Shown here: positions 11,391 to 21,604 of the stretch, piece after piece
Layout: every line of letters begins with the position of its first letter
Position numbering within the stretch: the first letter of the stretch is position 1
IMG/VR virus record: IMGVR_UViG_3300029922_000014
Span: 86,437-150,436 of that record
Length of the DNA stretch: 64,000 nt
DNA from: a virus
Reading direction: 5' to 3' (one strand)
Made by a program: the position numbers and the translations under genes
Notes under the pieces: generated by a model
What the model was told of the DNA's origin: nothing
Database searches by the model: none
The model's input: only the letters and a program-made list of their open reading frames with translations

Positions 11391-12451
11391 GCATTCAGAT
11401 CACGGTCGAGCGTGAAGCCACATGCAGTACAGGAAAAGACCCGCTCTGCGAGCGGAAGGGAATCTTTCTTGTGACCACAGCTTGAACAGGTCTTTGACGA
11501 AGGAAACCAGCGGTCGACGACAAACACCGATTGCGCTTTGTATTCCAGTTGACGTCGAATCTCACTGAATCCCACGTCATTCAAGGCGCGTGAAAGATGG
11601 CGGTTTGCCATCATGCCTTTCACGTTGAGGTCTTCGAGACCGACAGAACCATACTGCTTGGCTATCGCCGTAGTGGTCTTGTGCTGCCAGTCTTTTCTGA
11701 TTTGAGCTATCCGCCAATGCTGACGACTGAGACGAGCAACGGCTTTCTTCCGGTTGCTGGATCCTTTGACTTTGCGAGAGACGAAACGAGAGAGACGCTT
11801 CAAACGTTCGAGAGCAGACTTGAGCGGTTTGGGAGACTGAAAGGTAGTGCCGTCGGAGAGAACCAGAGCAGTCTTCAATCCGAGGTCGATGCCGACAGCG
11901 GGCTTTGACACGATGTCAGTTGGCGGATCGGGAAGTTCGACTTGAACGGAAAGCCACCAGCGTTGACCGACAAAAGACAAAACAGCGGAGAGTGGTTTGC
12001 CGTCGAAGCGGAGTTCTTCGTGGGTATCAACCCAACCAATATTCGGTAGTTTAACAGCTTTACCGGCGAACGAAAATGTTCCAGGTCCGTTGTCGAGACG
12101 TGCTGATTGCTTGGATTTATGTTTGCTCTTGAAGTCGGGCGGGGACATCTTTGGTCCCTTGCGCTTGCCTGAGCAGGAGTCGAAAAAGTTTTGGTAGGCG
12201 GTGCCGAGGTTGATGATCGCCTGCTGAACAACGCGCTTTGGCACATCCAACATCCAAGGGAACTCTTCACGCTTGATCGTATTCAAACTCTTCCGCAACG
12301 ATCCGTCGTTCGGCTTGTACCCAGCGGCAAACTGAGCACGCCAGTGACATAATGCCCAGTTAAAGGCAAAGCGCGCCGCTCCGACGCACTGCCGGAAGAA
12401 TGCTTCCTGCTTTCGCGTGGGGGCAAGCTTGATGATGTGGGCGCGGATCAC
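11258..12451 (-). mobile_element. tnpB: TnpB RNA-guided endonuclease, solo element with no TnpA in the window
   Basis: N-term HIIKLAPTRKQEAFF..CVGAARFAFN; RuvC-I GIDLG; RuvC-II LEDL; CSSC/CTAC zinc finger; RuvC-III DRDLNAAKNI. Confidence 0.95.
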
Positions 12452-12489
12452 TGCACACACAATAACAAAAAACACAGGCGTGGCCAGTA

Positions 12490-12540
12490 TCAGGTATTTC
12501 CTGGCGGATTGATCGGATCAAGTGGTATGGGGAGCTTCGG
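12490..12540. repeat. Diverged copy of the 3' end of the LamG gene (partner at 15972-16022)
   Basis: 38-bp identical core ggcggattgatcggatcaagtggtatggggagcttcgg. Confidence 0.9.
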
Positions 12541-13253
12541 CGTCCCATCCGTAGTGGTCCTGGCCCCGGATGATCTTCCATCCGCGTTCACGTGCATAGG
12601 CGGACTTGAAGCGGCGCGCGGCGACGCGGGTAAAGAAACTGCCACCGACGCAGTGGGCTGCCTGGATTCGGAGCGGCTTGGCCTTGGGGTCTTTGACGTC
12701 CTGGTGGACGGTGTAGTAGCCGTCGCCTGACACTTGCGGCTTCTGGTCGAGGTCGGCAGTCACCCTGCGGACGTGCAGGCTGGTCGATTCCTTCTTGTCT
12801 TCCTTCGGGTCGGTGTTGTGAACGATCCAGCGGTATGGCGCGGGGTAAGTCATTGGTCAATGAGTCCAGAGAGGCGGATGCCTGATTATCAGAACAGGTC
12901 GGTTTGAGGAACAGCGTCGTCGTCTGACCCCTCCACCTCCACAGGTTCAGGTGCACGGACCGCTTGCATGGCTTCGTAGGCGTTGGCGGGTCTATTCTGT
13001 TTTCTGATCTCGTCGCGCTTGGCGCTGACTTGCGCCAGGACCGCGGCCGGCAGGCGTTCGAGCAGGATGCGTTTGTAGTAGATACTCACGAGCGCCTTGG
13101 ACTGCTTCTCGCTCCACTCTTCGACGTTCCCAGTTCCGAGTGAACAGAGATTGGCGATAAGGTCCGACTCGAATGGGGTGAGCTTGGCGAAGTTGTCAGG
13201 CGCGGTGAGGGAATGGAGCATTCCTACGGACTGGGCGGGGGTCAGGCGCATGT

Positions 13254-13607
13254 TCAATCCTTAACCGTGATGGTCATGTGCCGTCGGCCCCACTGCACAG
13301 CTTCGGCGTGGGTTTTGAATCTGAGGTCGATGTGAACGATTCCGCGCTTGGCATCCTTGCGCATGGCGCCGCCGGTATCATCGACCTTTGCCCAATTGCC
13401 GTTGTTGTAACCGGTGACTTTGATCAGGGTTCCGTAGGGCAGGATGGTCGGGGCTGCGGCGATGCCGGTGGGATGATCGTCGGTATCGACATCGGTTGAG
13501 GTGATGCCGGAGAAGTCTGAACCACAGTAGCCGGTGACGATCGCCTGGAGTTCGACGGCTGGGGCGGTGGCGCACAGGACGAGCAGAGCGACGAGCTTGA
13601 TTGACAC
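13254..13607 (-). CDS. 3D-domain (MltA-like) secreted cell-wall enzyme
   Basis: Signal peptide; VTGYC, GIAAAPTILPYGT, VDDTGGA, HIDLRF, AVQWGRR; GTG start lies within Box A. Confidence 0.85.
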   Translation of the reverse strand: MSIKLVALLVLCATAPAVELQAIVTGYCGSDFSGITSTDVDTDDHPTGIAAAPTILPYGTLIKVTGYNNGNWAKVDDTGGAMRKDAKRGIVHIDLRFKTHAEAVQWGRRHMTITVKD

Positions 13608-14107
13608 GATGTCAGTCCTTCCCGAATCCGCCGGGCTTGTACGCGGCGAGGTTCTTGAAGTGTTCGAGCTTCGGGCTCGTGCCGTGGTTAACGCGGACCA
13701 GCCGGCAGAGTTGCTTCACGTCGCGGCCGGTGGCGCGGGGGAAGGCTTCGACCAGGGACAGCACCGTCGCCTTGGTGAGCTTCATTCCGTAGTGGGTGCT
13801 CAGGATCGACCAGAGGTCTTCCTTGTCCTTGGCGCTATCCGGGACGCCATAGCTGACTTCCGCGATGCAGCGGCTTCGGATGGCGTCGTCGACATCGTCC
13901 CCGCGGACTCTTTTCGTAGTGGTCGTGCGCCACCTGCTTGAGGCAGAGCAGGTCCTTCTTGGTGAACAGCCGGGAGTCGAACGATTTGGGCTCGCCGTCG
14001 TTGTAGTTCCAGCCCCACTGGTCAGGGGGATCCATGAACTTGGGGCGGGAATACTGCGCGATGTAGGATTCCGCGATGGCTTTGGTGATGAACAGTTGCA
14101 TGGGTTC

Positions 14108-15091
14108 TCAGAGTTCGCAGGCGTAGTGGGTGAGCAGGGGCTTCCAGGAATCGAAGTCGTTCGGGCAGTTGGTCGCGAGGTTCTTCAGCACACGGACCGT
14201 GGCGCGGTTGAGGAAGATCACCCGCGGGTTGTTGACCCCACCGCCAACGTAGTTGCTTTCGATGCGGAAAGGGCAGTCGAACCCCCTTGTCATCAGCGCC
14301 GCGTGGATGTCCGAGCGAGCACGAACATAGGTTGCGGTCGTTGCCGACAGGCCAGTGAAGTTATCCAATACCGCTTCGACAGCGTCGCTGGCTTCCTTCG
14401 TGACGTCCTCGAACGACGTCAGGTTTCTGATCCGGTTCATCCGATCCTGGTGAAGGTCTTCGTCGTCGCCCGGGAATGACAGCTTCCCGATAAACGTGAC
14501 GCCGTCGCTATTGTCGCTGTCGCTCATTCCGTCGCTCATGGCATTCTCCGGTTTGTCGGTCGGTTAGTGGTGGGAGTTGGCAACGCCGAGCGCGGCCTTC
14601 GCCATCACAGACGACAGGTAGTCGATCTCGCCTTGGGAGAGCTTGCCGAGACCGTAGCCGTAGGAGGAGAGCATGGCGGCGATACGGGCTTTCGCTTCAG
14701 CCGGCGCGTCCTCGTATTGCAGCGGGTTGTCCTTGGCGCCGATGCTCGCGAGCTTCAGGCCCAATGCCCGGAGGTAGGTCACCGCCTTTTCCTCGCCGTA
14801 GGCGTGAATGTAGGTCTTGTCCTTGGTCACGTCGTCTTCGGTGAGGATCGCACGCACCGGCGTGTCGCTCCAGTCGATATCGATCACGCGCTTGCGCCAG
14901 CCGAGTTCGATCAAGCCCCACGGGGTCTTCACGAGCCACCAGGGGCTGCGGTGCCGGTAGACGGCTTCCTTGAGGATGTCGGCGTCGGATTCACCGTCGC
15001 GGGTCGTGATGTAGCCGTTGGGCAACCGCCAATGCTTGGTCACGGGGATACCGGCGAGGGTGAAGATGCCGAGGAGGGTGAGTTCGTTCAT
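14108..15091 (-). other. Two hypothetical genes (14108-14539, 14564-15091)
   Basis: Collinear ORFs downstream of the cassette at 15199-15284. Confidence 0.6.
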
Positions 15092-15198
15092 GTGCTTTTC
15101 TAGGGCTGGTGCATGGCGCGGCGGGCGATGGCGAGGCTGCGCAGGCAGATGGCGTCGGTGATCTGAGCGTTCATGGCGATGGTCATGGGAGACTCCTT

Positions 15199-15284
15199 GG
15201 TCCTTTGGACCGCTGGTTGGTTGTTGTACCCGCATCATGGTGCGGACTGACATCGTGTCAATTGCTGTTTTCCGCGTTATGCGG
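15199..15284 (-). promoter_or_regulatory. Promoter cassette: Box B, -35/Box A, -10, Box C, RBS
   Basis: Box C 15199, -10 CATGAT 15234-15239, Box A 15248, Box B 15272. Confidence 0.8.
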
Positions 15285-15615
15285 AACTTCCGCTGGGATG
15301 ACCGGAACGTTCGCCAGGATTTCGGCCTTGCGCAGCACAATGGCTTCCGCTTCCTGTTCGATGGTGTCGGTGATCAGCTTGGCGAGGTCCTGGAGGGTGT
15401 TGACCTTGACCGTGCGACGGTCGAGCGCCTTGATCAGCTTGGACACGACGGTTTCGCGCAGAAGCAAGCCACGATGCCCGGCACGCAGGGCGGGTTCGGT
15501 GGCGGCTTTGGCGCTGGTATATAATCACCGCCGGTGGGCTTGATCGCGTGCAGGGCGTTGCGGAACTTGTCCTGGACGGTGATCGGAGTCTTGTGCATGG
15601 CCATTGGATGCTCCT

Positions 15616-15696
15616 GGTCCATTGGACCGTTGGCGTTATGGCTGCATCCTGACATGGATTGACACGATGTCAATCGAGACTTTCCGCGTAACGCGC
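15616..15696 (-). promoter_or_regulatory. Promoter cassette (B-A-C)
   Basis: Box C 15616, -10 CAGGAT 15646-15651, Box A 15660, Box B 15684. Confidence 0.8.
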
Positions 15697-15784
15697 GTTT
15701 TCCGTGCCTTGAGCACCTTGGCGTACGCAGGACAGAGGTCGGATACAATCGAGCCTGGAAACGCCTTACAGGTGCCAGTAAACG

Positions 15785-15935
15785 GCAAACCCGACCCCAA
15801 CAAGGGATCGGGTCTGGCGTGTTCGCCCGCGGTGCACTTTCACAGGGGAGGGGGGAACTCCAGCCGAAAAGATCAACGCGCTGCCCAAAGGAAGGAGTGC
15901 ACGGGGGGACGTGCGGGCAGTGGCAGAACGGTAAG
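15785..15935 (-). ncRNA. Candidate structured small RNA with C-rich/anti-SD single-stranded segments
   Basis: TTGACA 15968-15963 and CAAGAT upstream; CUGCCC/GGGCAG and GCACG/CGUGC stems; terminator-like hairpin 15789-15813; no convincing ORF. Confidence 0.5.
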
Positions 15936-15971
15936 CGCGCATCTTGCGCACTACGCAGAGTCTGTCAACGG

Positions 15972-16721
15972 TCAGGTGTGGCCGGGCGGATTGATCGGAT
16001 CAAGTGGTATGGGGAGCTTCGGAGGGCGCAGGATTATACTCCCGTAGTTCGGTCCTGGACCGTTACCAGTCTGCAAAAGGATCGTCGATGCGGCCATGTG
16101 CCGACCGTTGCCGCTGTGGTCGGTGAGGTCGCGGGCGGTGGGTAGTGGCCAATAGGCGTATGGACTGCCAATGATGGGCGGGTTCGAGTTGGCTTCCGCA
16201 ACCAATTGGGTCGGGGTCATGGCGACCTGCCAAATCTTGACCGATTCGAGACTACCGACGAACTGCGCATGTGCGGTCGACGAGAACAACACGATGCGAT
16301 CGAACGGGAAGCGGTTGCGGACATCCAGAAGCTGCAAGCTCAATTGCCCGTCGAAGTAGTAACTGCTGAGGGAACCATCGGAGATGAACCCCCAGTGATG
16401 CCAGCGTGTGTCGAGGCTTGGCCACTGCCCCGTAGTCTGGATGCGGTCACCGACAAAGAGTTCAGGAGTCAGGCCGGATTCATCGGATCCCAGGTACAGT
16501 GACTCGGGGCCGCCTTCCGTGCAAATGGCGATGGCGGCGGCGCGCGCGTTGGTGGGCTTCTCCCAACGCACCCACATGGACACTGTCAGAGGTCCGGTCC
16601 CTGGCCCTGCCTGCGGTGACGCGAAAACGCCGCCATAAGGCCATTCCAGGTGGCACTCCCGGAAGATCGCGTTGCCGATCCCCGGGCCGTAACCGATGAC
16701 TGCGATGGTCGTGACGCTCAC
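15972..16721 (-). CDS. LamG/concanavalin A-like jellyroll domain protein
   Basis: LTVSMWVRW, RWHHWGF, YYFDGQL, FVGSLESVKIWQVAMTPTQL, LTDHSGNGRH. Confidence 0.8.
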   Translation of the reverse strand: MSVTTIAVIGYGPGIGNAIFRECHLEWPYGGVFASPQAGPGTGPLTVSMWVRWEKPTNARAAAIAICTEGGPESLYLGSDESGLTPELFVGDRIQTTGQWPSLDTRWHHWGFISDGSLSSYYFDGQLSLQLLDVRNRFPFDRIVLFSSTAHAQFVGSLESVKIWQVAMTPTQLVAEANSNPPIIGSPYAYWPLPTARDLTDHSGNGRHMAASTILLQTGNGPGPNYGSIILRPPKLPIPLDPINPPGHT

Positions 16722-19700
16722 TTCTTGCCCATGGTCCCAAGCGACGTCTTCATGCCGGTATGGTGTTCGATGGTGCGGTGCAGGTCGTCGGCGTAGACGC
16801 CGTCCGCGGAATGCTTCACGGTGTACTTGCCGCCGCTGATCTTGCCAAAGTCCACCTTGTAGGTGTCGTCGGGCTTGAGGTGCACCTTGATGTGGTTGAC
16901 GTTCTTGGCGTTCTTGCCGATCTTGAACTGGTAGGATGGCATGCCGGTGCCGGGAACGTGGGTCTCCTTGCCGTCCTCACCTTTGGTAGTGTAGCCCTGC
17001 CCGTGGTCGACCATCATGTTCTTGGCGCCGAGCATGAAGTGCGCCTTGGCACCGATCTGCTTGTGGATCGCGTGCGCCTTCTCCAGGCCTTCCTTGGCGG
17101 CCTTCTCGTTGATGGCTTCGGTAAGGGATTCTTCCTTCTTGCCGAAACCGGGGGCGGCGCGGACGCCGTGCTTCTCGCGAACCTTGGCTCGGGCTTCCGG
17201 GTCCTGCTTGTGGCCCATGTGCCCCTTGTCGGGCGTGCTGCCGCCCCACTTGCCGCTGTTGATGTTCTTGAGGATGTCGGAGTACTTGATCTCCATCTTC
17301 CCCGGCTTGTGGCCATCCTTGATCGCGTAGGTAGAGACGACGAGCGTCGCGCGGTCCTTATCCAGGTCGCGGGACTTGATCGTCCACCAGACGTTCTTGA
17401 TGACTACGGACTTGTTCGGAACGAAGTACTTCCGCAGGTCCTTGTCGTTGAGTTTGCCTTCGGTCAGCGATTCGTTGTGCAGGTGGATGTGGACGTGCTT
17501 GGCCTTGTCCTCGGGGCCTTCGTCTTCGTCGTCGTCGTCTTCATCACCCTTGCTGTTGGCACCGCCTTCCTCTTCTTCTTCGTCCTCTTCGTCGGGAACG
17601 TCGTCGGTACCGGTAGCGCCGGGAGCCGGCGGCGGGACAACGGTCGGGTTGGGCAGTTCGTTGGCGCCCTGCGCACCAGCACGGGTCATCATCTGTTCGC
17701 CCATCTTCGGGACGGAGATGTAGCCGGTGGGGCTGGCCTTCCATTCGTTGGGCTTGAGCCCAAAGCGCTCTTCGATGCGGACTTCCATCGCGTCGATGTC
17801 GCAGTCGGCGCACAGGAGCATATCGTAGTAGGTCTGAACGTCGGCCACGGTGAAGTTCTTGGGATCGACACCCTCCGCCAGGATCTTGGCCTTCGCGTCG
17901 TCGAGCCGCGTCTTGGCTTCCGTGGTCAGGTTCTTGGACAGCCCAACATACAGCTTCAGCCGCGCGGCGGCGGTCTTGGCGTTGGGTGACGATTCCAGGA
18001 GCCCCTTGGCGATCGACGCGGCAGAGCCCTCAAAGAAGTTCTCCGGCGGGGTCCAAGATTCGCCCAGTTGGACGAAGTTCTTGCCCTTCATCGCCTGCAT
18101 CGCGTTGCCCTTGGTCGTGGCGCGCACGCAGGAGACAACCAATTGCCCGTCGGCGTCCATGGTCTGCTGCATCAGCGATTCGGCTTGATCCATGGTCAGA
18201 GCGTTGTTGTTCACCAATTCCCAGCCGTCCTTGGTCTTCTGGCAGATCCAGTAGTCGCAGGAGGCTTTGCCAGCGGCTTCGGTAGTGGCCTTCTTCGCGA
18301 AGCCATGCTCATCGTGGTGGACCTTGTCGAACGTCTTGGCCCGGAGCTTCCCCATGGCTTCGCTGTGATCCTTGGCCTTGATGTATGCGGCGAAGTGCGG
18401 CTTACCGTGAGGGTAGGTCTTCTCGTTGTTTGGACCGGTGTGCGGCGTCAGCGCGTTGTCGATCGTGCGCTCCAATTCGCCCTTGGTCTTCTTGCCCTGG
18501 CCCAGAATGGGCTCATGCATCGTGGTGCCCTTGGCGCCCCGACCGATCACAGGGTAGTGCATGGTTTCGTCGATTGACGCGATGTCAGTGGCCTCAGTGA
18601 TGCTCTTCACATGGACGCGGGAATCGTTGTGGACCGGATCATGCGACTGCACCGACGTCGCAAACATCTCGGCGTGTTTCTTCGCACCGAACTTGAAGGC
18701 GTGATGCTGTTCCTTCGTGTCGCCGCGCGTGCTGGTTCCAACATGCTCACCGGACCGATGACCCATGGCACCGGCGGCCTTCTTCAAATGATCGACCGTG
18801 AACGGCTTGCCCGACGAATGCTTGGCACTGTGGGCCACCAGCACGTAGTGAGCTTCGTCGATGCCTTCGTTGCGGCGCTTGAGCATGTTGCGGGCGGTGC
18901 CGCGCTTGCGCTTGCCGAGCATGCCGTACTTGGACGGGAAGCTGGCACGGACGGGAGCGAAGGAGGCAGAGGCGAATCCGCCTACGGTGCCGGAGCGGGT
19001 CATCTCGTCGATGTAGTCGAGGAATGATCCGGGAAGCTCCACCTCTGCGCCCTCAGCATTGAGGAAGATCAGGTCACCGTTGACGTCTTCCGACATGGAA
19101 CAGGTGTCGCCGGCCGGGGAGATGACGGTCACACCTTCGGTGCCGATGACAAGCTTCCAGGTCTGGTCTGATTCGACGGATTCCTTGACGGAAAAGTCGC
19201 CCATCAGAAAGTTCATGATGTCGACGTGGGCGGCGGTCGAATCGCCATTGTGCTTGGTCAGGATCTTGTCGATCCCACTACGGTAGAGAACCATGTCGCC
19301 TTCGTCGACGTAGCGGAACACATTCTCGTCATCGCGGATGGTCACGGAGACGACGCCGGGTTCGATCTCGACTACTTCCCAGGCCGGCTGCTCCAGCGAT
19401 TCGCGGACCTTGGTCGCGGCGTCAGCGGGCTGTTCGTCGGCGTTGGGGTCCTTGATCTTCTTCGGCGGGACGGGCTGCTTGCCGAGCGGGGTACATTCGA
19501 TGATCGACACATCGGAGACGCGGTCGTTGGCGATGTCGGTGGTGCCGGCGGTCAGGGACAGCTTGTATTTGAGGAACTGTGCTTCCCCCAGCTTGCCGGT
19601 GTCGTCGCGGGTCAGGGCGCCCTCGAAGATGGCGGTGAAGCTCTTGGGGCCGACTACGGTCTCGACGAGCTTCGCGTAGAGCGAGGCGGATTCCTGCATC

Positions 19701-19936
19701 AGCCAGGACTCGAACTGCAACGCGCACAAGCCGACGTCGGTCGCGGTGAAGATCGGATCGCGGGCGAGGAACTGCGCGGCGAAGGTCTTCGGATCGTCCT
19801 GCACGCCGGCCCACTCCAGGACCTTGTTGATGACGGCGCGCGGATGGGCGATGGTGTCGCCGGTCTCGATCAGGTCGAGTTCAGCGCGGAGCGCGGCGAT
19901 GTCTTCGGTCTTCGGTTGGATCGTGAGCTTCTTCAT
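16718..19936 (-). CDS. Large (~1070 aa) modular protein, possibly a protease-processed virion head/internal protein
   Basis: Long ORF with alternating acidic and His/Lys-rich modules separated by recurring ESLTE/SITE/GIDE-type motifs. Confidence 0.6.
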   Translation of the reverse strand: MKKLTIQPKTEDIAALRAELDLIETGDTIAHPRAVINKVLEWAGVQDDPKTFAAQFLARDPIFTATDVGLCALQFESWLMQESASLYAKLVETVVGPKSFTAIFEGALTRDDTGKLGEAQFLKYKLSLTAGTTDIANDRVSDVSIIECTPLGKQPVPPKKIKDPNADEQPADAATKVRESLEQPAWEVVEIEPGVVSVTIRDDENVFRYVDEGDMVLYRSGIDKILTKHNGDSTAAHVDIMNFLMGDFSVKESVESDQTWKLVIGTEGVTVISPAGDTCSMSEDVNGDLIFLNAEGAEVELPGSFLDYIDEMTRSGTVGGFASASFAPVRASFPSKYGMLGKRKRGTARNMLKRRNEGIDEAHYVLVAHSAKHSSGKPFTVDHLKKAAGAMGHRSGEHVGTSTRGDTKEQHHAFKFGAKKHAEMFATSVQSHDPVHNDSRVHVKSITEATDIASIDETMHYPVIGRGAKGTTMHEPILGQGKKTKGELERTIDNALTPHTGPNNEKTYPHGKPHFAAYIKAKDHSEAMGKLRAKTFDKVHHDEHGFAKKATTEAAGKASCDYWICQKTKDGWELVNNNALTMDQAESLMQQTMDADGQLVVSCVRATTKGNAMQAMKGKNFVQLGESWTPPENFFEGSAASIAKGLLESSPNAKTAAARLKLYVGLSKNLTTEAKTRLDDAKAKILAEGVDPKNFTVADVQTYYDMLLCADCDIDAMEVRIEERFGLKPNEWKASPTGYISVPKMGEQMMTRAGAQGANELPNPTVVPPPAPGATGTDDVPDEEDEEEEEGGANSKGDEDDDDEDEGPEDKAKHVHIHLHNESLTEGKLNDKDLRKYFVPNKSVVIKNVWWTIKSRDLDKDRATLVVSTYAIKDGHKPGKMEIKYSDILKNINSGKWGGSTPDKGHMGHKQDPEARAKVREKHGVRAAPGFGKKEESLTEAINEKAAKEGLEKAHAIHKQIGAKAHFMLGAKNMMVDHGQGYTTKGEDGKETHVPGTGMPSYQFKIGKNAKNVNHIKVHLKPDDTYKVDFGKISGGKYTVKHSADGVYADDLHRTIEHHTGMKTSLGTMGKK

Positions 19937-20003
19937 GCCCCGAAACGTAGTGGAGGCGTACGAGCGGGGAAGGCAGAAACAACGAACCTCGGGAACCTCA
20001 GGA

Positions 20004-20546
20004 TCAGATATGTGCCCAGCGCCTGGGAGCGCCACCGCGAAAAGGAGCAATAGCACGAATCGCCCGCGGTGAAACTCCGTATTTCGACGCTACTGCAATT
20101 ACGGCGCCGTCTCGCCATGTGCGGTGTTTCAATATATCACGAATTGCCAGAACATCTGCTTCACTAAGCCGGGCTGCGCCATGTTTTTCCCCATGTGCGT
20201 GACGACGCTGTGCCACAGTATCTGCAATATTATCAATTTGTGTCCCAAGCACGAGATGCTGCGGATTCACACAAGCGGGGTGGTTGCAACGATGCCTAAC
20301 AACTGCGCCATCCGGAATATCCCCATAGGCCATTTGCCAAGCCCACCGATGCGCTTTGACCGGCCACGATGAAATAATTCGAGACGAAACAGGACGAAAC
20401 TCGCCATACCCATTCGGATTCTTAGCGCCCGTCCAGAGCCAGCAGGTATCGGTTTTTTGCACCTTCGCGTAAAATCGCTTCCGCGCGGTCAAATAACCTG
20501 CATCTGTACGTTGCTGTACCGTCAAACGCTTCCGCACCATATTCAA
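20004..20546 (-). CDS. HNH homing endonuclease
   Basis: CWLWTGAKNPNGYG, AHRWAW, VVRHRCNHPACVNPQHLVLGTQIDN, C-terminal HTH. Confidence 0.9.
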   Translation of the reverse strand: MNMVRKRLTVQQRTDAGYLTARKRFYAKVQKTDTCWLWTGAKNPNGYGEFRPVSSRIISSWPVKAHRWAWQMAYGDIPDGAVVRHRCNHPACVNPQHLVLGTQIDNIADTVAQRRHAHGEKHGAARLSEADVLAIRDILKHRTWRDGAVIAVASKYGVSPRAIRAIAPFRGGAPRRWAHI

Positions 20547-20548
20547 CC

Positions 20549-21514
20549 CTAACCCTCCATGAGACAGGTGTCAGCGAAGTCCACAGCGAGTTTGACAACA
20601 TCGGCTTCACGTGCAATCACACGCTGCCATTCCAGCGGCAGCGCCTCTGCACCATGGATCCATCCGGACAGCGCGCCGGTAATCGCCGCCGTCGTATCAG
20701 TGTCAGACCCTAAGTTCACTGCGGCCAGGACGCTATGCGCAAATGCTTCGGTACCAACCAGACCCAAGGTCTCTGTCTGGTGCAAGCACCACACTGCGGA
20801 TTCCAGCGAATGGATGCAGTACCCTCCGCTCTGAATGTCCCTGCGCGCGGCAGCGAAAATCGAACCATCCTCAAGGCGAGCAAACTCGCGCTTATCCTCG
20901 GTCCCGAGCAACATGCCGCCGACAGCCATGGCCAACGCTTCGCGAATGCTGCGCCCGTTAGCCAGCGGCGAGAGCATGCGCGCATGCGTAACACACGTAT
21001 AGGTCGAACGGTCGTGGGCGTGCGTCAGGGCGGACCCCTCGCGGGCAAAACGTTCGATATGGTGCGGATTGCTGAAAAGGGCATACACGTTCAAGGGCAT
21101 GCAACGCATCAAGCTGCCATTGCCGTTGCTGCTCAGACTGGTGCCGCCGCACTGACTGGCAGGAAAACCGGCTTTGCGCTTGGCAATCGCTGCGCGCGTC
21201 GCATTTCCACAGTCGAAGTTCACACCGTGGGCGGTCCAAGTCGCATGGTCATACCAGGAAACAAACGAATCCATGACGGCTTCGAGGTCCCAGCCCTTGC
21301 GGACCAGAACGTCAGCGGCGGCCAGGGTCATGGAGGAGTCGTCAGACCACGTCCCAACCGGTTGATTCCAGGTGCCGTGTCCACGCATCTCTTTAATCGG
21401 ATCCGCATCGCGTGCTTCACGGGTGCTGAACTCTGCATAAACCCCAAGAGCGTCGGAAATGCAGGTGCCGATGATCGAACCGATGATGCGCGAGCGAAGG
21501 GTGGGGGTCGACAT
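20549..21514 (-). CDS. ADP-ribosylglycohydrolase (DraG/ARH family)
   Basis: SDALG, GTWSDDSSMT, NGNGSLMR, ALTH, GSDTDTTAAITGAL. Confidence 0.92.
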   Translation of the reverse strand: MSTPTLRSRIIGSIIGTCISDALGVYAEFSTREARDADPIKEMRGHGTWNQPVGTWSDDSSMTLAAADVLVRKGWDLEAVMDSFVSWYDHATWTAHGVNFDCGNATRAAIAKRKAGFPASQCGGTSLSSNGNGSLMRCMPLNVYALFSNPHHIERFAREGSALTHAHDRSTYTCVTHARMLSPLANGRSIREALAMAVGGMLLGTEDKREFARLEDGSIFAAARRDIQSGGYCIHSLESAVWCLHQTETLGLVGTEAFAHSVLAAVNLGSDTDTTAAITGALSGWIHGAEALPLEWQRVIAREADVVKLAVDFADTCLMEG

Positions 21515-21525
21515 GGCAGGCTCCA

Positions 21526-21604
21526 GGTCCGGGGGACCGTTGGGGTATGGCTGCATCATGGCGGGATTGACACGATGTCAATCGCTGTTTTCCGCGTCAT
21601 GCGG
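21526..21604 (-). promoter_or_regulatory. Promoter cassette (B-A-C) driving the ARH gene
   Basis: Box C 21526, CATGAT 21555-21560, Box A 21568, Box B 21592. Confidence 0.8.
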
